From an uncultured Acidimicrobiales bacterium (GTDB lineage: Bacteria; Actinomycetota; Acidimicrobiia; Acidimicrobiales; Poriferisodalaceae), in the NCBI GenBank assembly GCA_905477545.1, contig CAJQGN010000002.1, positions 1 through 62,468 of the forward strand: DNA of 62,468 nucleotides, read 5' to 3'. Shown here piece after piece: positions 28,395 to 37,385 of the stretch; position 1 is the stretch's first letter; the number at the start of each line of letters is the position of its first letter. Under the pieces are notes generated by a model. The model did no database searches, was not told the origin of the DNA, and saw only the letters and a list, made by a program, of their open reading frames with translations. A program made the translations under genes and the position numbers.

Positions 28395-31300
28395 TTAATT
28401 CTTATCCCCCAAAGGTTTTAAGCCATACCCACCACCACCCGGTGTGTCTATCTGAACAGAATCACCTGCTTCGACCTCGAATCGAGCAAATCCTTCTAAG
28501 AGCAATTGCTCTTCCTCAAAAGGTATAAGAATATTAACGCCCGTCTGTCCTGATTCTCCACCGGCAACACCATAGGGCGCTATTTTTCTCCTCGAAGACA
28601 GAATATTTACCGTCATCGGTTCTAGAAACTTAACCCGTCGACTAACCCCGTCACCACCTGGATTCTTACCATCACCACCAGAGTTTTGTCTGATCCGAAA
28701 ATGTTCCAGTCGAACTGGATGACGTATCTCCATTATCTCAGGGTCAGTAAGGCGAGTATTTGTCATATGCGTATGCACTGCCGACGCGCCGGCTTGGTTG
28801 GTAGTAGCTCCCGCCCCGCCGCATATAGTTTCGTAATATTGATGTTCATCATTACCCCAAATAAAGTTGTTCATTGTGCCTTGGGAACCGGCCATCACTC
28901 CCATCGCCCCCAGCAATGTGTCAACTATTAATTGGCTTGTCTCCACATTGCCAGCGATGACAGCTGCCGGGAAATGGGGACTTATTATAGATGGATCTGG
29001 AATAACTATTTCTAGCGGCTTCAAACAGCCAGCATTCAGCGGGATTGAGTCTTCAACCATTAGACGAAAGGCATACAACACTGCTGATCGACATACGGCT
29101 TGGGGAGCGTTCATGTTGCCTGCATGTTGAGCGCTTGTACCTGTGAAATCTATTTTTGCACTTCTTGCTAACGGATCCACACTGATGGTTACAACTATTT
29201 TATTTCCGTCATCCATTTCACAAGTAAAACTGCTGTCAACGAGGTTCGCGATGACGCGACGAACTGATTCTTCCGCATTATTTTTTACGTGCTCCATATA
29301 CGCGTGAACTACTCCTAGGCCGTAGTAACTAATTATGCGCTGGAGTTCAGAAGCTCCTCGTTCACATGCAGCCACCTGAGCTTTCAAATCCGCAATATTA
29401 TAGTCAATATTTCGTGCAGGCCAGGGGCCATCTCCTAGCAGCGTTCGTATCTCATTTTCTAAAAACCGATCTTTCTCAATCAATTTGAAGTTATCTATGA
29501 CTATGCCCTCCTCGTTAATTGTTGTTGAATCCGCAGGAGCAGAACCAGGCACTACGCCACCGATATCAGCATGGTGACCTCTAGCTGCCACATAAAAAAG
29601 CTTCTCATTCCCAAGCTTCTCAAATATTGGTTTCACAACCGTGATATCTGGGAGATGGGTTCCACCGTTGTAGGGAGCATTAAGGACAAATCCATCACCG
29701 TTAGCCATATTAGGATTATTAGTAATAACGGTTTTGATCGCTTCGCTCATTGAACCTAAATGAATTGGTAGATGAGGAGCATTGGCAATTAGCTCTCCGT
29801 CAGCGTCGAAAATCGCACAACTAAAATCTAACCGTTCTTTAATGTTGACTGATACGGACGTGTTCTCTAAGACAACACCCATCTGCTCAGCAATATTCAT
29901 AAACAAGTTGTTAAATATTTCTAGTTGTATTGGGTCAACATCTATCGCTAGATCAATATTTGGCGTTTGTTTTTTTATTCGATGTAGAATAAGAGATCCT
30001 GCATCTGATAGTTCAGCTTGCCAACCAAGTTCAACTACAGTCGTTCCATTTTTTTCGATGATTACAGCTGGGCCAGGCGTTTGCGTACCTGATTCCATAG
30101 CAGATCGAAATAGAAATGGTGCCTCTTTCACTTCACCATCAATGGTCATGGGGTAATTGATCGTGGTTTCGTTCGTTCGCTGAATTGTGTCGTTTATACC
30201 TAAATTAGATTTTTTTTTGCTCGATGCCTCATGCTGTATTGATTCAACTATTAATTCTTTTTCTGGTGATATAAAACCGAACCGGGCTAGATGAAGTCCT
30301 TCAAAACTTTCTATAATTTCAGCTTTTTTACCAAATGCGACGTGTATCGCTGTGTCAGAACCTGCATATCGAATAGCTAAACGCTTTACGGTCAGAATGT
30401 TAGTAATCTCTATTCCTTGGTCCGCTAAAGTTTTTTGGCCCTTCGTCTCCAGTTCTAACCATGTTTCTTGTAGATCGGAGATCAATTTCTGAGATAATGG
30501 TAACTCAACTGATTTTTCTTTGACGTCACGAACATCTGCAAGGCCCATTCCTAATGCAGAAAGCACTCCACCATATCGGTGAAGAAAAACTGTTTCGATT
30601 CCTAGTTTGTCAGCGATCAAACACGCGTGTTGACCACCAGCACCTCCGAAACAGCAAAGAGTGTAGGTACTAACATCATGACCTCTTTCGACACTAATTT
30701 TTTTTATCGCGTTAGCCATATTTTCTACAGCTATTTCAATGAAGCCTTCTGCTATAGCCCCCACTGTTTGTTTTTTCCCTGTGGCTTTTGATATTTCTTG
30801 TCTTAATAATTCAAACTTTTTTTCGGTTCCTTCAATGTCCAATGGGGCATCTCCATTAGGACCAAAAACTTTCGGGAAATATTCGGGTCTGAGTTTGCCT
30901 AAAATTACGTTGCAATCGGTGATAGTTAATGGCCCATTATTTCCATAACACGTTGGTCCTGGCTGAGCGCCTGCAGAAGCAGGCCCTACTCTCTGGCGAG
31001 TCCCGTCAAAAAAGACTATCGAACCGCCGCCCGCAGCAACAGTATTAATATCCATCATCGGGGCACGCACGCGAACCCCTGCTACTTCCGTTTCGTCGCT
31101 TCTTTCAAGTTCTCCCGCAAAGTGGCTTACATCAGTTGATGTTCCCCCCATGTCAAAACCGATGAGATGGTCGAAGCCTTCAAGCTGAGCTGTCTCAACC
31201 ATTCCAACTACTCCGCCTGCAGGTCCAGACAACAGAGCATCTTTACCTTTGAACTGATTTGCTTGCGTTAACCCGCCATTTGATTGCATGAACATTAATG

Positions 31301-32021
31301 CTGGACTGTTTTCACTATCTTTCAAATGATTTTCTACTTGGCTAATGTAACGCCTCAAAACCGGTGATAGGTAAGCATCTACAACGGTCGTATCACCTCT
31401 TGGGACCATCTTCGTTAACGGATTAACTTGATGGCTCACTGAGACTTGTTCAAAACCAATTTGACGGGCTATTTGTTCTATTTGTTTTTCGTGGACAACG
31501 TAGCGATAACCATGAAGAAGAACAATCGCTACAGCGTTAATTCCACGGTCATAGGACTCTCTGAGGCTAGTTTCAATTTCTGGCTGATTAAGCGGTTTGA
31601 GAACATCACCATTTGCGCTAACGCGCTCATCAACTTCCAGAACACTGGAATAAAGCATCTCAGGAAGTCTTATATCTTTCGCAAACAAATCAGGCCGAGT
31701 TTGATATCCGATTTGCAACAGGTCTCCTAAGCCTTTAGTTATGACAAGGAGTGTTGGTTGCCCTCGACGTTCCAACAATGCATTCGTAGCAACTGTCGTA
31801 CCCATTTTGACAGAACCAATGTGTTCAAGCGGGATGTGTTCACTTGGATCCAGTTCTAAAGCACGTCTAATCCCCTCGATCACCGCATCGGGATAGTGAG
31901 AAGGGTTTTCTGACAGCAACTTGTAAGCATTAGTCACTCCGTCCGGACTCCGGCCAATTACATCAGTAAAGGTGCCGCCACGATCAATCCAAAAATCCCA
32001 TTTTTTTTCTTCATGAGCCAT
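28395..32021 (-). CDS. 5-oxoprolinase (ATP-hydrolysing) / fused hydantoinase A-B
   Basis: 1208 aa. The N-terminus FWIDRGGTFTD (hydantoinase A) is followed by a hydantoinase B/oxoprolinase half in one ORF. Confidence 0.88.
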   Translation of the reverse strand: MAHEEKKWDFWIDRGGTFTDVIGRSPDGVTNAYKLLSENPSHYPDAVIEGIRRALELDPSEHIPLEHIGSVKMGTTVATNALLERRGQPTLLVITKGLGDLLQIGYQTRPDLFAKDIRLPEMLYSSVLEVDERVSANGDVLKPLNQPEIETSLRESYDRGINAVAIVLLHGYRYVVHEKQIEQIARQIGFEQVSVSHQVNPLTKMVPRGDTTVVDAYLSPVLRRYISQVENHLKDSENSPALMFMQSNGGLTQANQFKGKDALLSGPAGGVVGMVETAQLEGFDHLIGFDMGGTSTDVSHFAGELERSDETEVAGVRVRAPMMDINTVAAGGGSIVFFDGTRQRVGPASAGAQPGPTCYGNNGPLTITDCNVILGKLRPEYFPKVFGPNGDAPLDIEGTEKKFELLRQEISKATGKKQTVGAIAEGFIEIAVENMANAIKKISVERGHDVSTYTLCCFGGAGGQHACLIADKLGIETVFLHRYGGVLSALGMGLADVRDVKEKSVELPLSQKLISDLQETWLELETKGQKTLADQGIEITNILTVKRLAIRYAGSDTAIHVAFGKKAEIIESFEGLHLARFGFISPEKELIVESIQHEASSKKKSNLGINDTIQRTNETTINYPMTIDGEVKEAPFLFRSAMESGTQTPGPAVIIEKNGTTVVELGWQAELSDAGSLILHRIKKQTPNIDLAIDVDPIQLEIFNNLFMNIAEQMGVVLENTSVSVNIKERLDFSCAIFDADGELIANAPHLPIHLGSMSEAIKTVITNNPNMANGDGFVLNAPYNGGTHLPDITVVKPIFEKLGNEKLFYVAARGHHADIGGVVPGSAPADSTTINEEGIVIDNFKLIEKDRFLENEIRTLLGDGPWPARNIDYNIADLKAQVAACERGASELQRIISYYGLGVVHAYMEHVKNNAEESVRRVIANLVDSSFTCEMDDGNKIVVTISVDPLARSAKIDFTGTSAQHAGNMNAPQAVCRSAVLYAFRLMVEDSIPLNAGCLKPLEIVIPDPSIISPHFPAAVIAGNVETSQLIVDTLLGAMGVMAGSQGTMNNFIWGNDEHQYYETICGGAGATTNQAGASAVHTHMTNTRLTDPEIMEIRHPVRLEHFRIRQNSGGDGKNPGGDGVSRRVKFLEPMTVNILSSRRKIAPYGVAGGESGQTGVNILIPFEEEQLLLEGFARFEVEAGDSVQIDTPGGGGYGLKPLGDKN

Positions 32022-32123
32022 TTGTTCTAGATTACCCGCAGGTATTGCTCACTATGATTTCAAATTGAATAACAAACAGTTTTAGAGCACCTATATGTTA
32101 GTCCTTTAAAAGGTACGATTAGA

Positions 32124-32930
32124 TTGATGGCTCCTGACTTAGAAAATGGGTTAGTAGAAGTTTCAGGTATTGAAGTTCTTATCGCCGGCGAGCAAAATGA
32201 TCTCTACTTTCAGCAATGTTTAGAACAACGCAACCTTTTCGAGCCATCAGTCGAGGTTGCTACTCGTCTATTAAAAACAAATCCGATTATTCTCGACATT
32301 GGGGCCTCTATCGGAGGAGTTACCTCCGCGTTGGCTAAATACTTTGTTGACGGCAGGGTTATAGCTTTTGAAGCCGCACCATCAGTCCACCGATCGCTCA
32401 GGGAGACGGTTCGTCTATCTAAAGGCGGACAAATTACGGTAGTAGAGAAAGCTGTTGGTTCTTCTTCCGGATCACTTATGTTCCATGAGGACGGGAATGG
32501 GAGCGGTTGGGGGTTTTTAGCGCCTGATTTAGGCGCCGTTGAAGTTGCTGTCACAACTGTTGACGAAACCATTGAAACCTTAGCGTTGCCAACTGTTGAT
32601 TTCATAAAAATTGATGTTGAAGGCAGTGAAATGGCGGTTCTTTTAGGTGCCGAAAATGCTCTTTCTGAATTTAAGCCAATACTCATTTTCGAAGTAAATA
32701 CGTTTTGTTTATGGCGATATGGGAGGACTTTCCCGCAGGATTTAATTCAGTGGGTTCGTGACCGTTATCCGTTCACAGCAGCCATCTTCTCAGATGGCTC
32801 AGTTACAGAGATAGTTGATGATGCAACTGTCAACCACCTTCTTCACCTAGTGGGCTCTCAAGGAGGGTTACTAGATATTGTCGCAAGCCCTGAACCTTTT
32901 ATCCGAAAACTTGAGAATATCCATCGCTAG
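32124..32930 (+). CDS. FkbM-family SAM-dependent methyltransferase
   Basis: 268 aa. SAM motif I LDIGASIGG and FkbM motif DFIKIDVEGSE. Confidence 0.75.
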   Translation: MMAPDLENGLVEVSGIEVLIAGEQNDLYFQQCLEQRNLFEPSVEVATRLLKTNPIILDIGASIGGVTSALAKYFVDGRVIAFEAAPSVHRSLRETVRLSKGGQITVVEKAVGSSSGSLMFHEDGNGSGWGFLAPDLGAVEVAVTTVDETIETLALPTVDFIKIDVEGSEMAVLLGAENALSEFKPILIFEVNTFCLWRYGRTFPQDLIQWVRDRYPFTAAIFSDGSVTEIVDDATVNHLLHLVGSQGGLLDIVASPEPFIRKLENIHR

Positions 32931-33046
32931 GTTTTTGCCTTAAACAAGTGCGTTAGTGCCACTAGGTATCAACTGATTAAGCTCGGTTATATTAATCAAC
33001 TCAAACCCTCGCAACCATTTCAGAGACCGCTGCGGGAGCCGATTCA

Positions 33047-33280
33047 GTGGGTACCGCAGAAGCTTTAACCGCCTGGTCACCGTTACACGAAACACTCATT
33101 ATGGCAGTGGTGGAATCAATCAAAGGAACCGCATCAGGTTCGATACCTACCCGAGTTGTTTCAGAAATGCGTGAAGCTAAAGCTGTAACTCTCAAACAGG
33201 GACGCACCGCCCGACGTCAAATACGCACACTTACCGACGCTATCCACGCAAACATCTTGGGTCGCTTCACCTTCATCTAA
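33047..33280 (+). CDS. hypothetical small protein (77 aa)
   Basis: GTG start preceded by GGGAG about 8 nt upstream. The stop is followed 11 nt later by a canonical intrinsic terminator. I recognise no motif. Confidence 0.4.
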   Translation: MGTAEALTAWSPLHETLIMAVVESIKGTASGSIPTRVVSEMREAKAVTLKQGRTARRQIRTLTDAIHANILGRFTFI

Positions 33281-33291
33281 ACCAACAACCA

Positions 33292-33327
33292 GGGCCGCTC
33301 CTTCGGGGGCGGTCCTTTTGTCGTTTT
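33292..33327 (+). terminator. rho-independent terminator
   Basis: 10-bp stem gggccgctcc / ggggcggtcc (two G:U pairs) with a ttcg loop, followed by ttttgtcgtttt. Confidence 0.65.
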
Positions 33328-33397
33328 CAACCCTAAGACAATCAACCCCCGTCGACGTCATCACCCTCAGGAGCATTTACTTCTTCTTTAACTTCTA

Positions 33398-34033
33398 CTA
33401 CGATTTCTGTTCGCAATTTCGTTCGTGAAGGTCGACGAGGTCGTCGCGGAGGGCGTCGAAGTCGAGGTCATAGCTGATGTCGTAGTAGAGGCGGTCGAGG
33501 AGGTCGGTGTAGTCGTAGAGGCGGTCGAGGTTGTCGAGGTTGCCGAGGAGGTCGTTGTCGTAGAGGCGGTCGAGGAGGTCGAGGTGGTCGGGGTTGTAGA
33601 ACGCGATGGATTGTTCAATTTTATTGCCTATGCGTTTTTCTTGGAAGGTCCAGCGGTAGAGGAGGTCCCTGAGGTCGTAGACGCCGTCGCAGTCGGCTTC
33701 ACTAGGAGCACCAGACGCATCTATACCTGGCGCAGCGTTTTTTGAACGGCTTTGAAACTGCACGGCATCATCTGTTTGGTCGTCGAACTCATTTTCGAGG
33801 CTTCTTAGTTCATCATTCTCTGAGATGCTTATTGTTGAGTTTGGGTCGAGCGTTAAGTTTGTTACACGGCTTTTAGCTTGCTCTTCGAGAGCATCGACTC
33901 GGGCTTCGAGCTGAGTAATCTCAGTTTCGAGCTGAGTATTCTCAGTTTCGAGCTGAGTAATCTCATCTGAACCGCATCCAGTAACACCGAACAACATTAC
34001 AAACGCTATCGAGACAGCAACCACAAGTTTCAT
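33398..34033 (-). CDS. repeat-containing lipoprotein (coiled-coil heptads plus acidic LLDRLYD repeats)
   Basis: Signal peptide with lipobox (MKLVVAVSIAFVMLFGVTGC). The N-terminal part has TQLETE heptads and the C-terminal part has an Asp/Leu/Tyr-rich periodic region. Confidence 0.7.
   Translation of the reverse strand: MKLVVAVSIAFVMLFGVTGCGSDEITQLETENTQLETEITQLEARVDALEEQAKSRVTNLTLDPNSTISISENDELRSLENEFDDQTDDAVQFQSRSKNAAPGIDASGAPSEADCDGVYDLRDLLYRWTFQEKRIGNKIEQSIAFYNPDHLDLLDRLYDNDLLGNLDNLDRLYDYTDLLDRLYYDISYDLDFDALRDDLVDLHERNCEQKS
33485..33575. repeat. in-frame 15-nt-periodic GC-rich repeat tract
   Basis: The exact 16-mer gtagaggcggtcgagg occurs at 33485, 33515 and 33560 (spacings 30 and 45 nt). 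It sits in a visibly GC-richer tract in which three overlapping >=60-aa ORFs (two minus-strand frames, one plus-strand frame) are open. Confidence 0.85.
33905..33967. repeat. three tandem 21-nt repeats
   Basis: ttcgagctgagtaatctcagt / ttcgagctgagtattctcagt / ttcgagctgagtaatctcatc. These encode (I/N)TQLETE heptads of the lipoprotein. Confidence 0.9.
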
Positions 34034-34372
34034 TGGGCCAGAGTAACCGCTTGGTTACAGTTCAGGGCTAATAACCCAGCCGTAACGCCCTATATGAGGG
34101 GCATGAGTTACAGCGGAGATATAACAAACTTGGATGACAGCTACAGAGATCACGCCAAGAAAACTGTCCTTTTAACCTTGTCAGTGTTAGCTAAAAAAGC
34201 TGGTTACTCGTCGCCTACTCCAGCATGTTCAGGTAACGAAGATTTACCTGTAGAGCTCTATGTGACGATCGCTAGACGAAATGTGTCCTAAAGTCATGAC
34301 ATACAGACTTATCGTTAGTCCTTGCAATTTTATTTTCCATATGGAAACCGCACAAAAACAAAGTAGAGGAAC

Positions 34373-34588
34373 ATGTCTGAGAAACAACACTGGTCATGCG
34401 GGAAATGTAATAACCAAGAAGCAGAAACTGGAACCATTCGTACCACGGGAGATGGAGCGTCCCGTTACCTTAATATGCAGAACCAAAAGTTCGACTACGT
34501 CAGTTGCGCACAATGCGGCTACACCGACTTCTTCCGCTCTGCAAGCAAGGGTGGATGGCGAAACGTGCTCGACGTCTTGACTAACTAA
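34373..34588 (+). CDS. zinc-ribbon domain protein (predicted nucleic-acid-binding, Zn_ribbon_13-like)
   Basis: 71 aa. CGKC...(T)GTIRTTG...CAQCGYTDFF arrangement; GAGG 3 nt upstream of the ATG. Confidence 0.75.
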   Translation: MSEKQHWSCGKCNNQEAETGTIRTTGDGASRYLNMQNQKFDYVSCAQCGYTDFFRSASKGGWRNVLDVLTN

Positions 34589-34635
34589 ACAACATAAACA
34601 GTTCCACCTCAACCAACAATGTGGACAAAATATTT

Positions 34636-35007
34636 TTAAGGATCTTCGGTATAGAACTTCGAGCCGATATCAAATTTATTGGGTGCCATAAACATTCCAA
34701 GAATTACAGCGCCATTGCGACTTCGTGCTGTATGCCGATTACCCGCAGGACGCCAGATGTATTGGCCTGCTAAAGCAACGCCCTCTTCATCTTCAAAATC
34801 TCCCGAGATAACCCAAGTTTGCTCGACATCCATATGTTCATGCGCTGGTACCACAGCACCTGGGGCCAACTTAAATAGTATTGTGGACCGGCCGGTTTCA
34901 GAATCAGACCACAGGATTTTATGCTCAATCCCATCGAACGTCGATGGCTGCCAGCTCAAATTTTCTGGGTCGATGTAGATCGACCGCTTTGAAGCATCAA
35001 TGTTCAT
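34636..35007 (-). CDS. cupin-domain protein (ChrR C-terminal cupin type)
   Basis: Metal-site context VPAHEHMDVEQTWVISG. Start set at the ATG at 35007, with AGGAG 9 nt upstream; the ORF track starts at the GTG at 35013. Confidence 0.75.
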   Translation of the reverse strand: MNIDASKRSIYIDPENLSWQPSTFDGIEHKILWSDSETGRSTILFKLAPGAVVPAHEHMDVEQTWVISGDFEDEEGVALAGQYIWRPAGNRHTARSRNGAVILGMFMAPNKFDIGSKFYTEDP

Positions 35008-35448
35008 AACCACATACTCCTGAGTCTTGTTCGATCAACAGTACTTCAAAATTGATTCCTCAATATCGTCCTCAGTTCCCTCACTTTGCAGCTCCTACCA
35101 AAACCGCACCGATCTATATAAAAGATATTAGAAGTCAAGCGCTCTCACGCTGAGTACGCGACTAATGATGCAGCTGTAGCTGATTGAGACGTTGTAACAC
35201 TAAATATTGATGCAATAGCTTCTTAACATGGACAGGAAAGAGCGAATCAGAACGCTAATTATCTTCGAGAGTGTACGAAATTAGAATAAAAAATTAAAAG
35301 ATCAGTTTTTCATTAGGCATATGGTCATCGCGTTGGGCTATGTTCAAAACACGCTCTAAACAAATCGTCAAAATTTCAGTTTTTCTCAAAAGTTAATCTG
35401 AGAGGTTTGGCTTCCTCACAAATGTGTGGGAAGGCTGTTTAGGACGGC

Positions 35449-35479
35449 GAAGAAGGTCCTTATCTTTAGGGCCTTCTTC
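35449..35479. other. stable hairpin in a long intergenic gap (possible terminator of the mshA-ybjN unit or part of an ncRNA)
   Basis: 11-bp stem gaagaaggtcc / gggccttcttc (one G:U pair) with a 9-nt loop and no U-tract on either strand. Confidence 0.3.
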
Positions 35480-35596
35480 TCGCGAAGCTAAGCGTTATCG
35501 CCTTTCTTGAGACGCAGCCCAGCAAATCCAGACATCACTAATAAACATTTACTACTGACGCAAATTTTCTATTAGGACAAAATATTAATTTGCTCA

Positions 35597-36067
35597 CTAG
35601 GAGTCTTTTGCGAATCGTGAGCTAAAACCTAGCCGTAAAGATGCATCCCAATAACGCTCAACAAAATCCCAAATCGAGCCGATAACTCTATCTAATTCCA
35701 ATTCATCGACCGCATCGACCGGTAACTCACCAGTCAGAAACAGTGCATTTTCAGGACCTATCCCGAACTGAGCCCCGACTAACTCATAATTTCGTCGTAA
35801 CAGAAATTCATAAAGTTCAAGCTTGTTTTCTTCTGGTTCAGGTAAAAAATAGGTTTCATACTTCAGAGTGCGTTGTCTTAAGGTCAACCAAATAGTTGTA
35901 ACGTCTCTACTTTCTGCATTAAGTCGGATATACCACCGGCCTGGTATTTGATCATCACGAGATACGTCGAGAATCACTGAAGACTCTTGTAGCTCATTTG
36001 TCAACCAAGTATCAATTCGCTTCTCAAGTTCCACAAGTTGTTCATCAGATGCTGGCGCTTTCGTCAT
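35597..36067 (-). CDS. YbjN-domain (T3SS-chaperone-like fold) protein
   Basis: About 156 aa. ATGA start/stop overlap with mshA if the start is at 36067. Same position as the YbjN-like gene downstream of mshA in mycobacteria (recalled synteny). Confidence 0.65.
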   Translation of the reverse strand: MTKAPASDEQLVELEKRIDTWLTNELQESSVILDVSRDDQIPGRWYIRLNAESRDVTTIWLTLRQRTLKYETYFLPEPEENKLELYEFLLRRNYELVGAQFGIGPENALFLTGELPVDAVDELELDRVIGSIWDFVERYWDASLRLGFSSRFAKDS

Positions 36068-37314
36068 ATACATGTCACTAGCTCGCGATGCGACAACATT
36101 TCAAATACTTGAATAGCCTCAGAAGCACTCGATTGCCACGTATGAGCACCAGCTCTTAACGCTCCTTGCTCACCAACACGAATCGCAAGCAACGGATCAT
36201 CAATCAGCTCATCTATTTGTTTAGCGAACGTCTCTGGATTTCGACCGCTCACCAGAAAGCCCGTGACACCATCGACAACATTATTACGAAGTCCACCGAC
36301 ATCTGATGCGACGACGGGTGTCCCGCACGCAGCGGCTTCTAATGCAACTAATCCAAAAGATTCAGAGTGGCTCGGCACTAAGCAAATATCTGCAGCCCGG
36401 TAATAAGTTGATAACAAATGATGGGCCTGCGGCGCAACAAAATGAACTCTCTCACTCAATCCCAAGCCATCAACCATTGAAAGTAAGTCGCTCATCGTTT
36501 TTTCGCCCTCAGCCCCGCTCGGGCCGCCCACAACTACAAGAAAAGCATCTTTGCTTCGTAGCTGGGACAAACTTGCAATGGCTAGATCAATTCCTTTTAA
36601 AGGTTGAATCCGCCCAACAAACAAAAGCATTGGCGCCTTCCCCAGACTAATTGCCTTCCGAGCAGCCCACTGTTGACCAGGCGAAAAAAGCGCCCGATCC
36701 ACACCAGGCGTCAGAATTTTAATTCGATCAAAGGGGACGTCATAAAGTCGAGCCAACTGAGTAGCTTCGACCTCACCTGAAGCGAACACTGCGTCAGCGC
36801 AGCCAATCACTTGCTCCTCAGCAGTTATTCGTTCAATGGGCTCGGATTCACCCGCGTCAACTTTCACTCTTCCTAACGTATGGAAGGTTACTGCCAAAGG
36901 AATCTCTAATTCATGTTTTAACTGATGCCCAGCTACCGCTGAAAGCCAATAATGAGCATGAATAGAGTCCACAGGGCTCTGTTCTAGATATTCTCGGACC
37001 TTGCGTGTATAGCTATCGATTACTAACGGCAAGTCTTCTTTGAGTAAATCTGACGGGCCAGCCTCAATTTGTATGACTCTTAACCCTGGTTCTATCTCAA
37101 CTATCTCTTCAGTAAAGTCATCAGATCGTCGAACGTAAACGTCACATCTGATCCCTAAATGAGCCATCGAAGTTGCTAGTTCACGTACATAAATATTTAG
37201 TCCACCACCATCTCCGCTGCCTGCTTGAGCTAGCGGAGAAGTGTGCATAGACAGTATTGCTACAGATTTGACCGCACCAGTTGTAGCAAAGTCAAAGCTA
37301 AGAGATCTCTTCAC
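36064..37314 (-). CDS. mshA: D-inositol-3-phosphate glycosyltransferase (GT4, mycothiol biosynthesis)
   Basis: 416 aa. N-terminal SMHTSPLAQAGSGDGGGLNIYVRELA matches the MshA signature region, and the C-terminal GT4 EX7E region is ESFGLVALEAAACGTPVV. Confidence 0.8.
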   Translation of the reverse strand: MKRSLSFDFATTGAVKSVAILSMHTSPLAQAGSGDGGGLNIYVRELATSMAHLGIRCDVYVRRSDDFTEEIVEIEPGLRVIQIEAGPSDLLKEDLPLVIDSYTRKVREYLEQSPVDSIHAHYWLSAVAGHQLKHELEIPLAVTFHTLGRVKVDAGESEPIERITAEEQVIGCADAVFASGEVEATQLARLYDVPFDRIKILTPGVDRALFSPGQQWAARKAISLGKAPMLLFVGRIQPLKGIDLAIASLSQLRSKDAFLVVVGGPSGAEGEKTMSDLLSMVDGLGLSERVHFVAPQAHHLLSTYYRAADICLVPSHSESFGLVALEAAACGTPVVASDVGGLRNNVVDGVTGFLVSGRNPETFAKQIDELIDDPLLAIRVGEQGALRAGAHTWQSSASEAIQVFEMLSHRELVTCI

Positions 37315-37385
37315 AGACTCCTAAGATACGCGATATCAGCACATATCTCCATATGAGGGCTCTCTTATATTCTCAAAACCTCTGA

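Noticed and set aside
33388-33745. Alternative-frame ORFs (76 aa minus strand, 106 aa plus strand) over the GC-rich repeat tract
   Set aside because: They are low-complexity translations (poly-S/T and poly-V/E) generated by the 15-nt periodic repeat. Only the lipoprotein frame has a signal peptide and continues outside the tract.
34094-34580. 65-aa (34094-34291) and 99-aa (34281-34580) plus-strand ORFs
   Set aside because: The 99-aa frame overlaps the Zn-ribbon gene, whose paired CxxC motifs and SD identify the real frame. The 65-aa ORF has no SD or motif and lies in the lipoprotein promoter region.
35395-35445. CTGAGA element suggestive of a TPP riboswitch
   Set aside because: The rest of the THI-box consensus (the ACCUGAUCUGGAUAAUGCCAGCG-like segment) is absent, and no thiamine gene follows.
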